DNA of 64,000 bases from an uncultured Candidatus Saccharibacteria bacterium (GCA_964361595.1 CAYIAX010000004.1:615-64614), one strand, 5' to 3'; shown: positions 27,671 through 37,105, counted from the stretch's first letter. The notes: generated by a model not told the origin, from the sequence alone. Program-made: numbers and translations.

Positions 27671-29491
27671 ATGAGTTCTTCTGAAATTCGTAAAATTTTT
27701 TTGGAATTTTTTAAAGCGCGCGGGCATGCAATTATTCCTTCAGCTTCGTTAGTTCCCGAGAACGACCCGACGACTCTTTTTACGGGTTCGGGTATGCAAC
27801 CTCTTATACTTTATCTTTTAGGCGCGCCGCATCCTTTGGGCAAACGTTTGGCTAATTCACAAAAAAGTTTTCGCACGGAAGACATAGATGAAGTAGGTGA
27901 TAACCGCCACACCACGTTTTTCGAGATGCTCGGAAATTGGTCGTTAGGATCCTATTGGAAAGAAGAGCAGCTTCCGTGGTTTTTAGAATTTTTAACCAAG
28001 GAAGTTGGAATTCCTAAGAATAAATTATGGGTTACGTGTTTTGCAGGCGATAAAAATTTGAATTTACCTCCTGACAATGAATCCGCGGAGATCTGGAAGA
28101 AAATAGGAATTCCTGAAGAAAGGATATGCTTTTATGATGCAAGAAAAAATTGGTGGAGCCGTTCCGGTCCGCCCTCCACGATGCCGGTAGGCGAGCCAGG
28201 CGGGCCCGACTCCGAGGTGTTTTATGAATTTACTGCAATTCAACATAATCCTAAATTCGGTGAAAAATGCCACCCAAATTGCGATTGCGGCAGATTTATG
28301 GAGATTGGTAATTCGGTGTTTATGGAATATAAGAAAACCGAATCAGGTTTTGAAAATTTGACCCAGCGGAATGTGGATTTCGGCGGTGGATTGGAAAGAA
28401 TTACGGCGGCGTCGAACGATGAGCCGGATATTTTTAAGATTGATGTATTTGTCGAGATGGAAAAAGCTTTTCCGCAAATTAAGGAAAACGACTTCGGTAA
28501 AAAACGTATTGTTTTAGATCACTTACGGGCTTCGGCTTTTCTAATTTTGGATAGTGTCAGGCCGTCGAATAAAGAAAAGGGATATGTGCTTCGCCGTTTG
28601 CTCCGGCGGGCAGCCTTGAGCGCGCGCAGTATTTTTGGCGCTCAAAAAAATGATTCATGGTTACTGAAAGTTCTTGAGTTTTTGGCTAAACCGTACGCAC
28701 AAGCTTACCCCGAATTGGGAAGCAGAATCATGGATATTGCAGTTATCATAATCGCCGAATTCTCGAAATTCGAGCAAACCCTGGACTTGGGTCTGCGCGA
28801 ATTCAATAAACTGATTCAAAAAGGGAATGTTTCCGGAAAAGACGCTTTCATACTTTTTTCTACATACGGTTTTCCATACGAAATGACATTTGAGTTGGCA
28901 AGGGAACACGGCGTTTCAGTGAGCAACGAAGAATTCATAGAAGAAATGAAAAAACATCAAGAAATCTCAAGCACCGCCTCGGCCGGCATATTCAAGGGCG
29001 GACTGGCCGACACGTCGGAGAAAACAACACAACTGCACACGGCGCATCATTTGCTCTTGAAAGCCCTGCAAATTGTTTTAGGCCCGCAGGTGAAGCAGAG
29101 AGGAAGCAATATTACGCAGGAGCGTCTGCGCCTAGATTTTCTGCACGGCGAGAAATTAACCGAGGAACAGAAAAAAGAAGTTGAGCGGATTGTGAATGAA
29201 AAAATTGCGGAAGATTTGCCGGTTATAAGGAGTGAGCTGGCGCGCGAAGAAGCGGAGAAGCTGGGCGCGGAGATGGAATTCGGGCAAAAATATCCGGAGC
29301 GGGTTTCTGTTTATTCGGTGGGTCCTAAAACGGCGACGCCAGAAAATCCTCAATTTAAAGAGGCATATTCCATCGAATTTTGCGGCGGGCCGCATGTTGC
29401 GCATACGGGAGAGATCAAAGGCAAGTTTAGCGTAGCAAAAGAAGAGGCCGTGGGCGCGGGCGTGCGCCGGATCCGCGGCATTCTCGAATAA
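27671..29491 (+). CDS. alaS: alanyl-tRNA synthetase, short form (catalytic plus editing domains, no C-Ala domain)
   Basis: FLEFFKARGH, FTGSGMQP, GNWSLGSYWKEE, and editing HxxxH (TAHHLLLKAL, CGGPHV). Only 606 aa. Confidence 0.9.
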   Translation: MSSSEIRKIFLEFFKARGHAIIPSASLVPENDPTTLFTGSGMQPLILYLLGAPHPLGKRLANSQKSFRTEDIDEVGDNRHTTFFEMLGNWSLGSYWKEEQLPWFLEFLTKEVGIPKNKLWVTCFAGDKNLNLPPDNESAEIWKKIGIPEERICFYDARKNWWSRSGPPSTMPVGEPGGPDSEVFYEFTAIQHNPKFGEKCHPNCDCGRFMEIGNSVFMEYKKTESGFENLTQRNVDFGGGLERITAASNDEPDIFKIDVFVEMEKAFPQIKENDFGKKRIVLDHLRASAFLILDSVRPSNKEKGYVLRRLLRRAALSARSIFGAQKNDSWLLKVLEFLAKPYAQAYPELGSRIMDIAVIIIAEFSKFEQTLDLGLREFNKLIQKGNVSGKDAFILFSTYGFPYEMTFELAREHGVSVSNEEFIEEMKKHQEISSTASAGIFKGGLADTSEKTTQLHTAHHLLLKALQIVLGPQVKQRGSNITQERLRLDFLHGEKLTEEQKKEVERIVNEKIAEDLPVIRSELAREEAEKLGAEMEFGQKYPERVSVYSVGPKTATPENPQFKEAYSIEFCGGPHVAHTGEIKGKFSVAKEEAVGAGVRRIRGILE

Positions 29492-29705
29492 TCTGGTGGA
29501 GCCCCACGGGCTTATCCAGCCTCCGTAGCCGTAGGCTACTACGGCGGAGGAGGCCGCCCGTGGCACCACTCCACACGCTTCGTCGGGCGGAACCCTCCGA
29601 AGCGTATCCTCCTTCGCTCTCCGAGCTACGGAGGATACCCTCATTCATTCCCGCCTTTACAGACGGGGCTTTCTCCGCTTCGCGGAGGAGGGTAGAATAA
29701 GAAAG
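29492..29705. ncRNA. GC-rich intergenic block of about five consecutive stem-loops; candidate structured RNA or terminator cluster
   Basis: ggtggagccccacgggc...gcccgtggcaccactccac; cgcttcg...cgaagcg; tatcctcc...ggaggata; ctccgcttcgcggag. No U-tract. Confidence 0.3.
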
Positions 29706-30881
29706 GTGATCAGATCCTTTTTTGCTCCTAAGGAAACATCGTGGGTACTTGAAGTTTTGCCGGGAGAGGTGCGAGCCACCTCGCTCGTTTTGGATACGGA
29801 AAAAAGGATCCAGATTCGGCGGCACTGGCAAGGGGAGTCTTGGAGGGATTTGCCAAAGAGTTTCCGTTTCACGGGCCAGGTTATCGTCTCCATCCATGCG
29901 ACGCTTGCCACGACTACGATTATTCCCGTGGGCGATATGCGGGAAAATCCCGATGAACCGCTCGTGGCGAACGAACTCGAAAATCTTATTTCGCGCGCAG
30001 TCGGGAAAATTTTCAATCAATGCCGGCAAGCGGCGGCACGCGAACTGCGGGTGGATGAAATTGACATCTTCTTGGCCAAAAGCCGTGTCATTAATTTCAA
30101 ATTAGATGATCATGTAGTTTTGAATCCCGTCGGTTTCCGCGCGGAAAAAATTGAAGCGGTTCTGGAGCTCATGCTGACCACGCGTCCCTTGATCGGGGAG
30201 CTTAAACAACTTTTTAAAGAAAGGCGTGAAATATTTTTTACGCAAACCGAGCGTGCCATTCTCCTTGATCTCGAGAAGCTGCACGGACCACCGTTGGGAC
30301 TGCTTGAGCTGGGAGAAGAATCTTTCTTTTTCCTCATGGAGAAGGCGGCCGTGGGCGAAATGCTCTCGCGCGGTAAATTCAACTGGTCGCCGCAGATGCT
30401 TTTACATGCTTTGGCCGGTGAATTATCCGTGAGCGGTGGAGCTGCGCGCAAGATCTACCATGCATTTTTGCGGGGGGAGGTTTCAGCGAATATGGGAAAG
30501 CACATAAAAAAGGCGCTCGATCCCCAGTTGAAGCTCTTTTATGAGGAGTTGGGCCGCACCCGGCTTAGGGGCAAAGTCTTTGTTTTATCCGGCCTGCCCT
30601 TGCCGATTTCTCTGCCGCAAAAGCGCCAAAACCTGATTTTATCTGAACCGCCGCTTACGCCAATGCTTGACCATTTCGGCTTGGCTTTGGCCCCCTATCG
30701 GCCGGAAACCTGCCGGCGGCCGTTCGAGGTTTTGGCTCCTTGGCTCGAATTTTACCTCGACAAAAGTGACTCGAAAATAAACCAGTGGCTGCGCCGTCAT
30801 TTAAATTGGCTGGGGCCTGTGCATGAGTCCCAAGCCGGCCCGGGGCAGCGTCAAATCAAGCTTCCATTTCTCGAGCAGTGA
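29706..30881 (+). CDS. hypothetical protein (GTG start)
   Basis: 391-aa ORF with good coding periodicity and no recognised motif. Confidence 0.55.
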   Translation: MIRSFFAPKETSWVLEVLPGEVRATSLVLDTEKRIQIRRHWQGESWRDLPKSFRFTGQVIVSIHATLATTTIIPVGDMRENPDEPLVANELENLISRAVGKIFNQCRQAAARELRVDEIDIFLAKSRVINFKLDDHVVLNPVGFRAEKIEAVLELMLTTRPLIGELKQLFKERREIFFTQTERAILLDLEKLHGPPLGLLELGEESFFFLMEKAAVGEMLSRGKFNWSPQMLLHALAGELSVSGGAARKIYHAFLRGEVSANMGKHIKKALDPQLKLFYEELGRTRLRGKVFVLSGLPLPISLPQKRQNLILSEPPLTPMLDHFGLALAPYRPETCRRPFEVLAPWLEFYLDKSDSKINQWLRRHLNWLGPVHESQAGPGQRQIKLPFLEQ

Positions 30882-31035
30882 GCTATACTTACTAAGAATC
30901 TACGAATTCTCGATCCGAATGTTTTCCCTATCGCGCGAATGCCGAATTCATTGCGAATACACGAATTACAAGCCAAAAATTCGTAAATTCGATTAGTAAG
31001 AAATTCACTATTCGTGCGATTATTATTCGGATGCC

Positions 31036-32700
31036 ATGAAAAAGTTATTTGTTGAAAAAACCCAATCTTTGCCGGCGATTGTCGAAAAAATTATCAATGA
31101 TCCCGAACAGGATCTTGTTTTAGTCATTCCGCGGCAGGCTAAAATCGGGGAGTCGGCAAACAATTTTCGGCTCTTAAAACGAGAAGCCGAAGCGGCCGGC
31201 AAAAGCGTTGCCGTGGAATCAGTTGATGAAACGATTCTCGTCTTGGCTGAAGCGGAGGACATCAAGGGCTCCCACCCGCTCTTCAGGGATAACATCCAGC
31301 GTTCTTTGGCTGACATTGTGCCTGCGGCCGCAGTGAAAGAAGAAAGCGCGGCGAAACGGGCGAAAACCGCGGCCAAGAAAACCGGCGAGCCGACAGTTAC
31401 GGTTGTGAGAAAAGAGCCGCCGGCAATCTCGTCGGCAGCGCAACCGGAGCCGGAACCAGAACCAGAGCCTATGCGGATAACGAGGCGCGCCGTCGAGCCG
31501 ATTGCGGTTCCCGAAGCCTACGAAGATGAAGAAGCGGAAGAAGAAACCGGCGTGCGGCCGTTTTGGCTCCGGCTGAAGTTTATCCTGCCTTTCTTAGTAG
31601 TCATAATTTTGGCTTTGGGCATTTGGATCGTGACGGCGTTTTTCGCCAGGGCGGAAGTGGTTTTGACCTTAAATGAAACTCCCTGGAGCCATGAGGGAAC
31701 GGTTTTGGCGAGCAAGGCAGTTGCGCGCATAAATCCAGCCGCCTTTTCACTGCCGGCGCAGGTCTTTACCCAATCTAAAAACGCTACCCAGCTTTATCCG
31801 GCCTCAAAGCGAGCCCAGGTAACTCAAAAAGCAAAAGGTAAAATCACGATTTACAACGCCTACAGTTCGCAACCGCAGTCTTTGGTTGCAACAACGCGTT
31901 TTGCGACTTCGGAAGGAAAAATTTACCGCTTGGTTTCCGCCGTTACGATCCCCGGCGCCAAAGTGGAAGGCGGCAAGCTTACGCCTGCGAGCGTCGAAGC
32001 CGAAGTGGCCGCTGGTGAACCAGGCCCTGCCTATAACACGGGTCCGGTGCCGAAGCTCACCATTCCTGGTTTCCAGGGCACGCCAAAGTATGACAAGTTT
32101 TACGGCGCGCTGCTTGCCGGCGCAAGCGGCGGGGCGATCGGCGAACGCGCCGTGGCCTCGGACGCCGACATCGCGGCCGCGAAACAAAAAACCGAAGAAC
32201 TCTTAAAATCAACTTTAGCCAATAATTTTCTCTCCACGCGCTCTTCCGACTTTCTGTTTTTGGAGGGGGCTTCCCGCTTAACGATCGGCAAAATGACGGT
32301 GAACACGACAACGGATGATAACGGCAACTTCGGTGTTTTCGGCGAAGCTTCGCTCCAGGCGATCGGTTTTAAGGACACGGATTTGAAAACCCTGCTCGAG
32401 CTACTCGCGACTAAAGGTGACAGCGGCAAAGAATTTAGAGACTTGGAAATGATCTATAACTTGGCCGTGCCAGATTTTGCCCGCGGCGAGATTAAATTTG
32501 TGGTGCGTGCTTCGGGAACTTTGGTTTCCGCAATTGACGAAAGGGGGCTTAAGGACGACTTGAAGGGGAAAAGCTTAGAGCTTGTAAAATCGGAGGTGGC
32601 CAAAGTGCCGGGCTTGCATGACGCTGATGTTTCCGTGTGGCCATTTTGGCTGCGCAGTCTGCCTGGGGATAGTAATAAAATTAAGGTTTCCATCCAATAG
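31036..32700 (+). CDS. hypothetical single-pass membrane protein with a large extracytoplasmic domain
   Basis: Cytoplasmic N-domain, PEPEPEPEP linker, TM helix (FILPFLVVIILALGIWIVTAFF), then a ~350-aa C-domain. Confidence 0.6.
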   Translation: MKKLFVEKTQSLPAIVEKIINDPEQDLVLVIPRQAKIGESANNFRLLKREAEAAGKSVAVESVDETILVLAEAEDIKGSHPLFRDNIQRSLADIVPAAAVKEESAAKRAKTAAKKTGEPTVTVVRKEPPAISSAAQPEPEPEPEPMRITRRAVEPIAVPEAYEDEEAEEETGVRPFWLRLKFILPFLVVIILALGIWIVTAFFARAEVVLTLNETPWSHEGTVLASKAVARINPAAFSLPAQVFTQSKNATQLYPASKRAQVTQKAKGKITIYNAYSSQPQSLVATTRFATSEGKIYRLVSAVTIPGAKVEGGKLTPASVEAEVAAGEPGPAYNTGPVPKLTIPGFQGTPKYDKFYGALLAGASGGAIGERAVASDADIAAAKQKTEELLKSTLANNFLSTRSSDFLFLEGASRLTIGKMTVNTTTDDNGNFGVFGEASLQAIGFKDTDLKTLLELLATKGDSGKEFRDLEMIYNLAVPDFARGEIKFVVRASGTLVSAIDERGLKDDLKGKSLELVKSEVAKVPGLHDADVSVWPFWLRSLPGDSNKIKVSIQ

Positions 32701-32707
32701 ATTAGGT

Positions 32708-32736
32708 TTGACAATGCTTCCCGCCCGGTCTATAAT
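32708..32736 (+). promoter_or_regulatory. consensus sigma-70 promoter: TTGACA, 17-bp spacer, TATAAT, upstream of infA
   Basis: Exact consensus hexamers seen at 32708-32713 and 32731-32736. Confidence 0.55.
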
Positions 32737-32773
32737 TGTTTCGCTGGTTTTCATATGAGTATTGCCGTAAAGT

Positions 32774-32995
32774 ATGGAAGATAAAAACGATTCAGCCCCG
32801 CTTCGACAGGAAGGGGTGGTGGAAGAGGCTTTGCCCGGAGCCACATTTAGAGTGGAGCTTCAGCGGGGCGGCCGAGTCTTAGCGCATTTGGCTGGAAAGT
32901 TAAGGCTTTACCATATTCGGGTATTGCCCGGCGACCGCGTGCTTCTGGAGCTTTCTCCCGATGGGCAGCGAGGCAGGATCGTTAGGAGGTTATAG
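32774..32995 (+). CDS. infA: translation initiation factor IF-1
   Basis: [49 protein letters not shown]: S1-like OB fold of IF-1. Confidence 0.9.
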   Translation: MEDKNDSAPLRQEGVVEEALPGATFRVELQRGGRVLAHLAGKLRLYHIRVLPGDRVLLELSPDGQRGRIVRRL

Positions 32996-33059
32996 CTTTT
33001 AGAAATAAAAAGTTAAATCTACTAAAAGCTGAAAGCTCGAAGCTCAAAGCTAATAAAAA

Positions 33060-33173
33060 ATGAAGGTCAGAAGTTCCATTAAAAAGATTTGCCAGTCCTG
33101 CAAGGTGGTGAAACGCCAGGGACGGCTTTATGTTATCTGCAAGAATCCCAAGCATAAACAGCGGCAGGGCTAA
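33060..33173 (+). CDS. rpmJ: 50S ribosomal protein L36
   Basis: [37 protein letters not shown] (37 aa; zinc ribbon C..C...C..H). Below the ORF-track length cutoff, so found by hand. Confidence 0.85.
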   Translation: MKVRSSIKKICQSCKVVKRQGRLYVICKNPKHKQRQG

Positions 33174-33258
33174 CTAGCTTTTAGCTTTTACCTGCCGGCA
33201 GGCAGGGCTTTGAGCTTATAGTCACTAAAACCTAACAGCTAAAACCTCAAACCTAATT

Positions 33259-33642
33259 ATGCGATTACTCGGTATCAACATTCCCGACAATAAAGCGATC
33301 GAAGTTTCGCTTACTTATATTTATGGAATCGGCCGCGCGCAGAGCCGGCGCGCTTTGGCCGCAGCAAAGGTAGGTTTTGAAAAACGGACAAAAGATTTGA
33401 ATGCTGAAGAGGTCAATAAATTGAAAACGTGGATAGAAAAAAATTGCCACATCGAAGGCGATTTGCGCCAACAGATCCGCCGCAACATCCAGCGGCTGAA
33501 GGAGCTCCAAACCTATCGCGGCAGCCGCCATGCGCGCCGCCTGCCGGTCCGTGGCCAGCGCACACGCACCAATTCCCGCACTGTTCGGGGCAATGTCCGC
33601 AAGACCGCAGGCAGCGGCAAGCGCAAGGTGGAGTTGAAGTAA
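33259..33642 (+). CDS. rpsM: 30S ribosomal protein S13
   Basis: MRLLGINIPDNKAIEVSLTYIYGIGRA... Confidence 0.95.
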   Translation: MRLLGINIPDNKAIEVSLTYIYGIGRAQSRRALAAAKVGFEKRTKDLNAEEVNKLKTWIEKNCHIEGDLRQQIRRNIQRLKELQTYRGSRHARRLPVRGQRTRTNSRTVRGNVRKTAGSGKRKVELK

Positions 33643-33767
33643 TCCCTCACCCTTTAACGATTTCCAACATGACTAAATTCAGTTTAAAAATTTCGTTCTC
33701 TAATCAAGGCAACATGAAAGAAATTGCAGTTTTTAAGGTCGCGAAGCAGATCGCTAAAGGGTGAGGG
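33643..33767 (+). repeat. TIR-flanked ~125-bp intergenic element, ribosomal-protein type, copy 1; contains 16-codon leader uORF 33714..33764 and ends ...agggTGAgggATG at the rpsK start
   Basis: TIRs tccctcaccctttaacgat / atcgctaaagggtgaggga. uORF MKEIAVFKVAKQIAKG with its stop TGA 3 nt before the rpsK ATG. Confidence 0.85.
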
Positions 33768-34220
33768 ATGGGCAAGAAAAAAATCGCACAACAAACCGCC
33801 GAAGAGGCGCTGAAGGAAAAAAACGAGCAGGACATTGCGGTGGCCAAGGCTTCGGTGGTCAAGAAAGCCAAAAGCGTTGATTCCGGCCGCGTTTATGTTA
33901 ATGCTTCATATAATAATACGGTGATTACCGTGACTGATCTGCAGGGCAATGTAATAACCTGGGCTTCGGCGGGATCAATCGGTTTCTCGGGACCCAAAAA
34001 GGCTACCCCATTCGCGGCTTCTAAGATCGTGGCCGTGATCGCGGAGAAACTCAAGAATTTGGGAGTGATGAATTTGGAGATCCGGGCTAGGGGCATCGGC
34101 GGCGGCAGGGATTCGTCTATCCGTTCCTTTGCCAACCAGGGTTTCAATATCACCTCCTTGAAAGATGTAACCCCGGTACCGCATAATGGTCCTCGGCCGC
34201 GTAAAGTCAGGCGCGTATAA
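33768..34220 (+). CDS. rpsK: 30S ribosomal protein S11
   Basis: VYVNASYNNTVITVTDLQGNVITWASAGSIGFSGPKKATPFAA... Confidence 0.95.
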   Translation: MGKKKIAQQTAEEALKEKNEQDIAVAKASVVKKAKSVDSGRVYVNASYNNTVITVTDLQGNVITWASAGSIGFSGPKKATPFAASKIVAVIAEKLKNLGVMNLEIRARGIGGGRDSSIRSFANQGFNITSLKDVTPVPHNGPRPRKVRRV

Positions 34221-34345
34221 TCCCTCACCCTTTAGCGATTTCTAACATGACTCAATTCAGTTTAAAAATTTTGATCACTATAAAAGGCAACATGAAAGAA
34301 ATTGCAGTTTTTAAGGTCGCGAAGCAGATCGCTAAAGGGTGAGGG
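34221..34345 (+). repeat. TIR element, ribosomal-protein type, copy 2 (uORF 34292..34342)
   Basis: Near-identical to copy 1, with the same TIRs and uORF MKEIAVFKVAKQIAKG. Confidence 0.85.
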
Positions 34346-34960
34346 ATGAGATATCCTAAAGAAAAAAAAGAACGCTCGTTGGGCGAGCGGCTACAGCTCA
34401 AAGGGGAGCGCTGCCGGTCACCCAAATGCGCCATGGTGCGGAAGCCGTATCGGCCCGGCATGCATGGACACAAGCGGCAGCGAAAGATGCTGTCTGATTT
34501 CGGCCGCCAGATCAAAGAAAAGCAGAAATTCAAGTGGAGCTATGGGATTGACGAGCGGAACCTGCGCCATATCTTCGAACGCGCCGAACGGAAATCAGGT
34601 TCAGTCGCTTCGCAATTTTTAAAACTTTTGGAATTGCGTTTGGATAACGTAATCTTTCGTTTAGGTTTTGCCGCGTCGCGGTCGATGGCGCGCCAGCTCG
34701 TGAACCACGGGCATGTTATGGTTAACGGACGGCGGGTCAAATCTCCCGGTTTCGAGCTTAAGCTTGGAGATATAATCTCGGTTCGTCCGTCTTCGGTTAC
34801 AAAGTCGGTTTTCAAGAATTTAAAAGAGGAACTTTCGAAGTATACGCCCCCGGCATGGCTTAGCATTGATGCCGACAAGTTTGAAGGCAAAATTGTTTCC
34901 GCTCCCGATGAAAATATGCCTTTTGAAGTAAATTTATTGGTCGAATCATTTAGCAAATAA
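34346..34960 (+). CDS. rpsD: 30S ribosomal protein S4
   Basis: Zn-ribbon N-terminus (CRSPKCAMVRKPYRPGMHG) and the S4 domain (LELRLDNVIFRLGFAASRSMARQLVNHGHVMVNGRRV). Confidence 0.95.
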   Translation: MRYPKEKKERSLGERLQLKGERCRSPKCAMVRKPYRPGMHGHKRQRKMLSDFGRQIKEKQKFKWSYGIDERNLRHIFERAERKSGSVASQFLKLLELRLDNVIFRLGFAASRSMARQLVNHGHVMVNGRRVKSPGFELKLGDIISVRPSSVTKSVFKNLKEELSKYTPPAWLSIDADKFEGKIVSAPDENMPFEVNLLVESFSK

Positions 34961-34975
34961 ACATTTCGCAACACG

Positions 34976-35728
34976 ATGGAATACGCACACTTGAGTTCTA
35001 CGGTAGGCATTAAAACTGTTTCGGAAGAGGCCAAGCATGGTGTCTTTGACATTGAGGGCTTATATGCCGGTTATGGCCTTACAATTGGAAATGCGCTCCG
35101 CCGCGCCCTTTTGTCTTCGCTGCCCGGCGCCGCAGTAACCTATATCAAGATCAAAAATGCGTCGCACGAATTTTCAACCTTGCCGGGCGTCAAAGAGGAT
35201 CTGGTTCAGTTGACGCTCAACTTTAAAAAACTGCGTTTTCGCATGCATACGGACGAGCCGCAAATTCTACTTCTCGAATCTAAAGGCGAAGGCGTAGTCA
35301 AGGCTGGTAATATCGCTCCCAACTCCGAGGTGGAGATCGTAAATCCGGATGAAGTAATCGCCACGCTCACGACTAAAGATTCGGAGCTCAATATTGAGAT
35401 TACCGTCGAGCGCGGTTTGGGTTACTCCGCCGTGGAAGCGCGGAAAGCGGAAAAACTGGCCATCGGCCTTATTGGTATAGATGCCTTCTTTTCGCCCGTG
35501 ACTAAAGTGAACTATGCGATCGAGAATATGCGCGTGGGTGAACGCACCGACTACAATCGTCTGCGCTTTGAGATTGAAACGGACGGGACAGTGAGCCCAT
35601 CTGCGGCCCTCCACAAGACTTCGAATATCCTGAAGGACCACTTCGACAAGATTTTTGGCGTCGAGGTGAAGGAATTCGAGCTCGAAAAAACGGAGCCGGC
35701 CAAAAAACGTACGAGGAAAAAAGCATAG
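34976..35728 (+). CDS. rpoA: DNA-directed RNA polymerase alpha subunit, N-terminal domain only (250 aa, no alpha-CTD)
   Basis: GYGLTIGNALRRALLSSLPGAAVT..., dimerisation/assembly domain. Ends EPAKKRTRKKA with no CTD-like sequence. Confidence 0.9.
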   Translation: MEYAHLSSTVGIKTVSEEAKHGVFDIEGLYAGYGLTIGNALRRALLSSLPGAAVTYIKIKNASHEFSTLPGVKEDLVQLTLNFKKLRFRMHTDEPQILLLESKGEGVVKAGNIAPNSEVEIVNPDEVIATLTTKDSELNIEITVERGLGYSAVEARKAEKLAIGLIGIDAFFSPVTKVNYAIENMRVGERTDYNRLRFEIETDGTVSPSAALHKTSNILKDHFDKIFGVEVKEFELEKTEPAKKRTRKKA

Positions 35729-35857
35729 AAAATCCCTCACCCTTTAGCGATTTCCAACATGACTAAAACCAGTTTAAAAATTTTGATAACTATAAAAGGC
35801 AACATGAAAAATCATGGAGTATTTAAGGTCGCGAAGCAGATCGCTAAAGGGTGAGGG
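35729..35857 (+). repeat. TIR element, ribosomal-protein type, copy 3 (uORF 35804..35854, MKNHGVFKVAKQIAKG)
   Basis: Same TIRs; diverged interior. Confidence 0.85.
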
Positions 35858-36211
35858 ATGCGGCATTTAAAGAAAGGAAAAAAGTTTCACAGGTTGAAGG
35901 GAGAACGGCGTTCTTTTTTGCGCAACTTGGCGAATGATTTGCTTCGTAGCGGCAAAATCGAAACTACGGAAACCCGCGCCAAAGCCATCCGGCCTTTAGT
36001 TGAGCGCATGGTCACCATCGCCAAGCGGCAGGATTTGGCTGCGCGCCGCCTGCTCCTTGCTCGTTTGCACAATGAGCGGATTGTCCATAAGCTTTACGAT
36101 GAAATCGCTCCGCGTTATCAAGGCCGCCCGGGCGGATATCTGCGGATCACGAAGTTGGGCCGCAGCAAGAAGCGCGACGGCAGCCGGCTGGCCACCATAG
36201 AATTTGTTTAA
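35858..36211 (+). CDS. rplQ: 50S ribosomal protein L17
   Basis: MRHLKKGKKFHRLKGERRSFLRNLANDLL... Confidence 0.95.
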   Translation: MRHLKKGKKFHRLKGERRSFLRNLANDLLRSGKIETTETRAKAIRPLVERMVTIAKRQDLAARRLLLARLHNERIVHKLYDEIAPRYQGRPGGYLRITKLGRSKKRDGSRLATIEFV

Positions 36212-36336
36212 TCCCTCACCCTTTAGCGATTTCTAACATGACTCAATTCAGTTTAAAAATTTCATTCTCAAAGCAAGACAACATGAAAAATCATCGAGTT
36301 TTTAAGGTCGCGAAGCAGATCGCTAAAGGGTGAGGG
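36212..36336 (+). repeat. TIR element, ribosomal-protein type, copy 4 (uORF 36283..36333, MKNHRVFKVAKQIAKG)
   Basis: Same TIRs, ends at the rplM ATG. Confidence 0.85.
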
Positions 36337-36684
36337 ATGGATTACCACTTGGATGCTAAAAATAAGCACTTGGGGCGCTTGGCGTCGGAAATCGCCATGA
36401 TTCTCCAGGGCAAGCGGAATGCAAGCTACGACCCTGCTCGTTTGAGCGGTGATCGCGTGTTCGTAAAAAATTATCGCGGCGTGGTTGTGACCGGCCGCAA
36501 GGCGGAGCAAAAAACCTATTATCGCCACACCGGCTACATGGGACATTTGAAGGAAGCCAAATACAAAGAAGTATTTGCGAAGGACCCCAAGCGCGTCCTG
36601 CGCGAAGCAGTGCGCCGGATGCTGCCGAAAAATTTTTTAAACCAGCGCCGTCTAAACCAACTTATTTTCATCGATGGCGAATAA
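36337..36684 (+). CDS. rplM: 50S ribosomal protein L13
   Basis: LGRLASEIAMILQGKRNASYDP...VFVKNY. Confidence 0.95.
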   Translation: MDYHLDAKNKHLGRLASEIAMILQGKRNASYDPARLSGDRVFVKNYRGVVVTGRKAEQKTYYRHTGYMGHLKEAKYKEVFAKDPKRVLREAVRRMLPKNFLNQRRLNQLIFIDGE

Positions 36685-37075
36685 GAACGAAGACAAATTT
36701 TTTGAAGGCGTAGGCCGGCGCAAGACTGCCGTGGCCCGCGTGCGCGTGATGAAAGGCAAAGGCATGCTCGTAAACGAAAAAGATCTCGGCGCTTATTTCG
36801 GCCTGGGACGGCTCGAAAAGACCGCCCAGGAGCCGCTTACGGCCTTGAAGCTCGCCGATACCTATCGCGCGACTGTTCGCGTTAAGGGCGGAGGCGTTAA
36901 AGCCCAAGCCGAAGCCATCCGCCACGGATTGGCCCGCGCGATCGCCAAAGCTGAACCGGATTTTGTCGCCCGCTTGCGCACAAGCGGCTGGCTCACGCGC
37001 GACCCGCGCATGGTGGAAAGGAAGAAATACGGATTGAAGAAGGCGAGGCGTGCTCCGCAGTGGCAGAAACGCTAA
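36674..37075 (+). CDS. rpsI: 30S ribosomal protein S9
   Basis: GVGRRKTAVARVRVMKGKG...GGGVKAQAEAIRHGLARA...KKARRAPQWQKR. Overlaps rplM by 11 nt. Confidence 0.95.
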   Translation: MANKNEDKFFEGVGRRKTAVARVRVMKGKGMLVNEKDLGAYFGLGRLEKTAQEPLTALKLADTYRATVRVKGGGVKAQAEAIRHGLARAIAKAEPDFVARLRTSGWLTRDPRMVERKKYGLKKARRAPQWQKR

Positions 37076-37105
37076 AGCGTTTTTGCCACGAGGAGATGGA
37101 GGGGG

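Noticed and set aside
33429-33764. ORF 33429..33764 (plus strand) spanning the rpsM 3' end and the TIR element
   Set aside because: It is out of frame with rpsM. Its only meaningful part is the final 16-codon leader uORF, reported separately.
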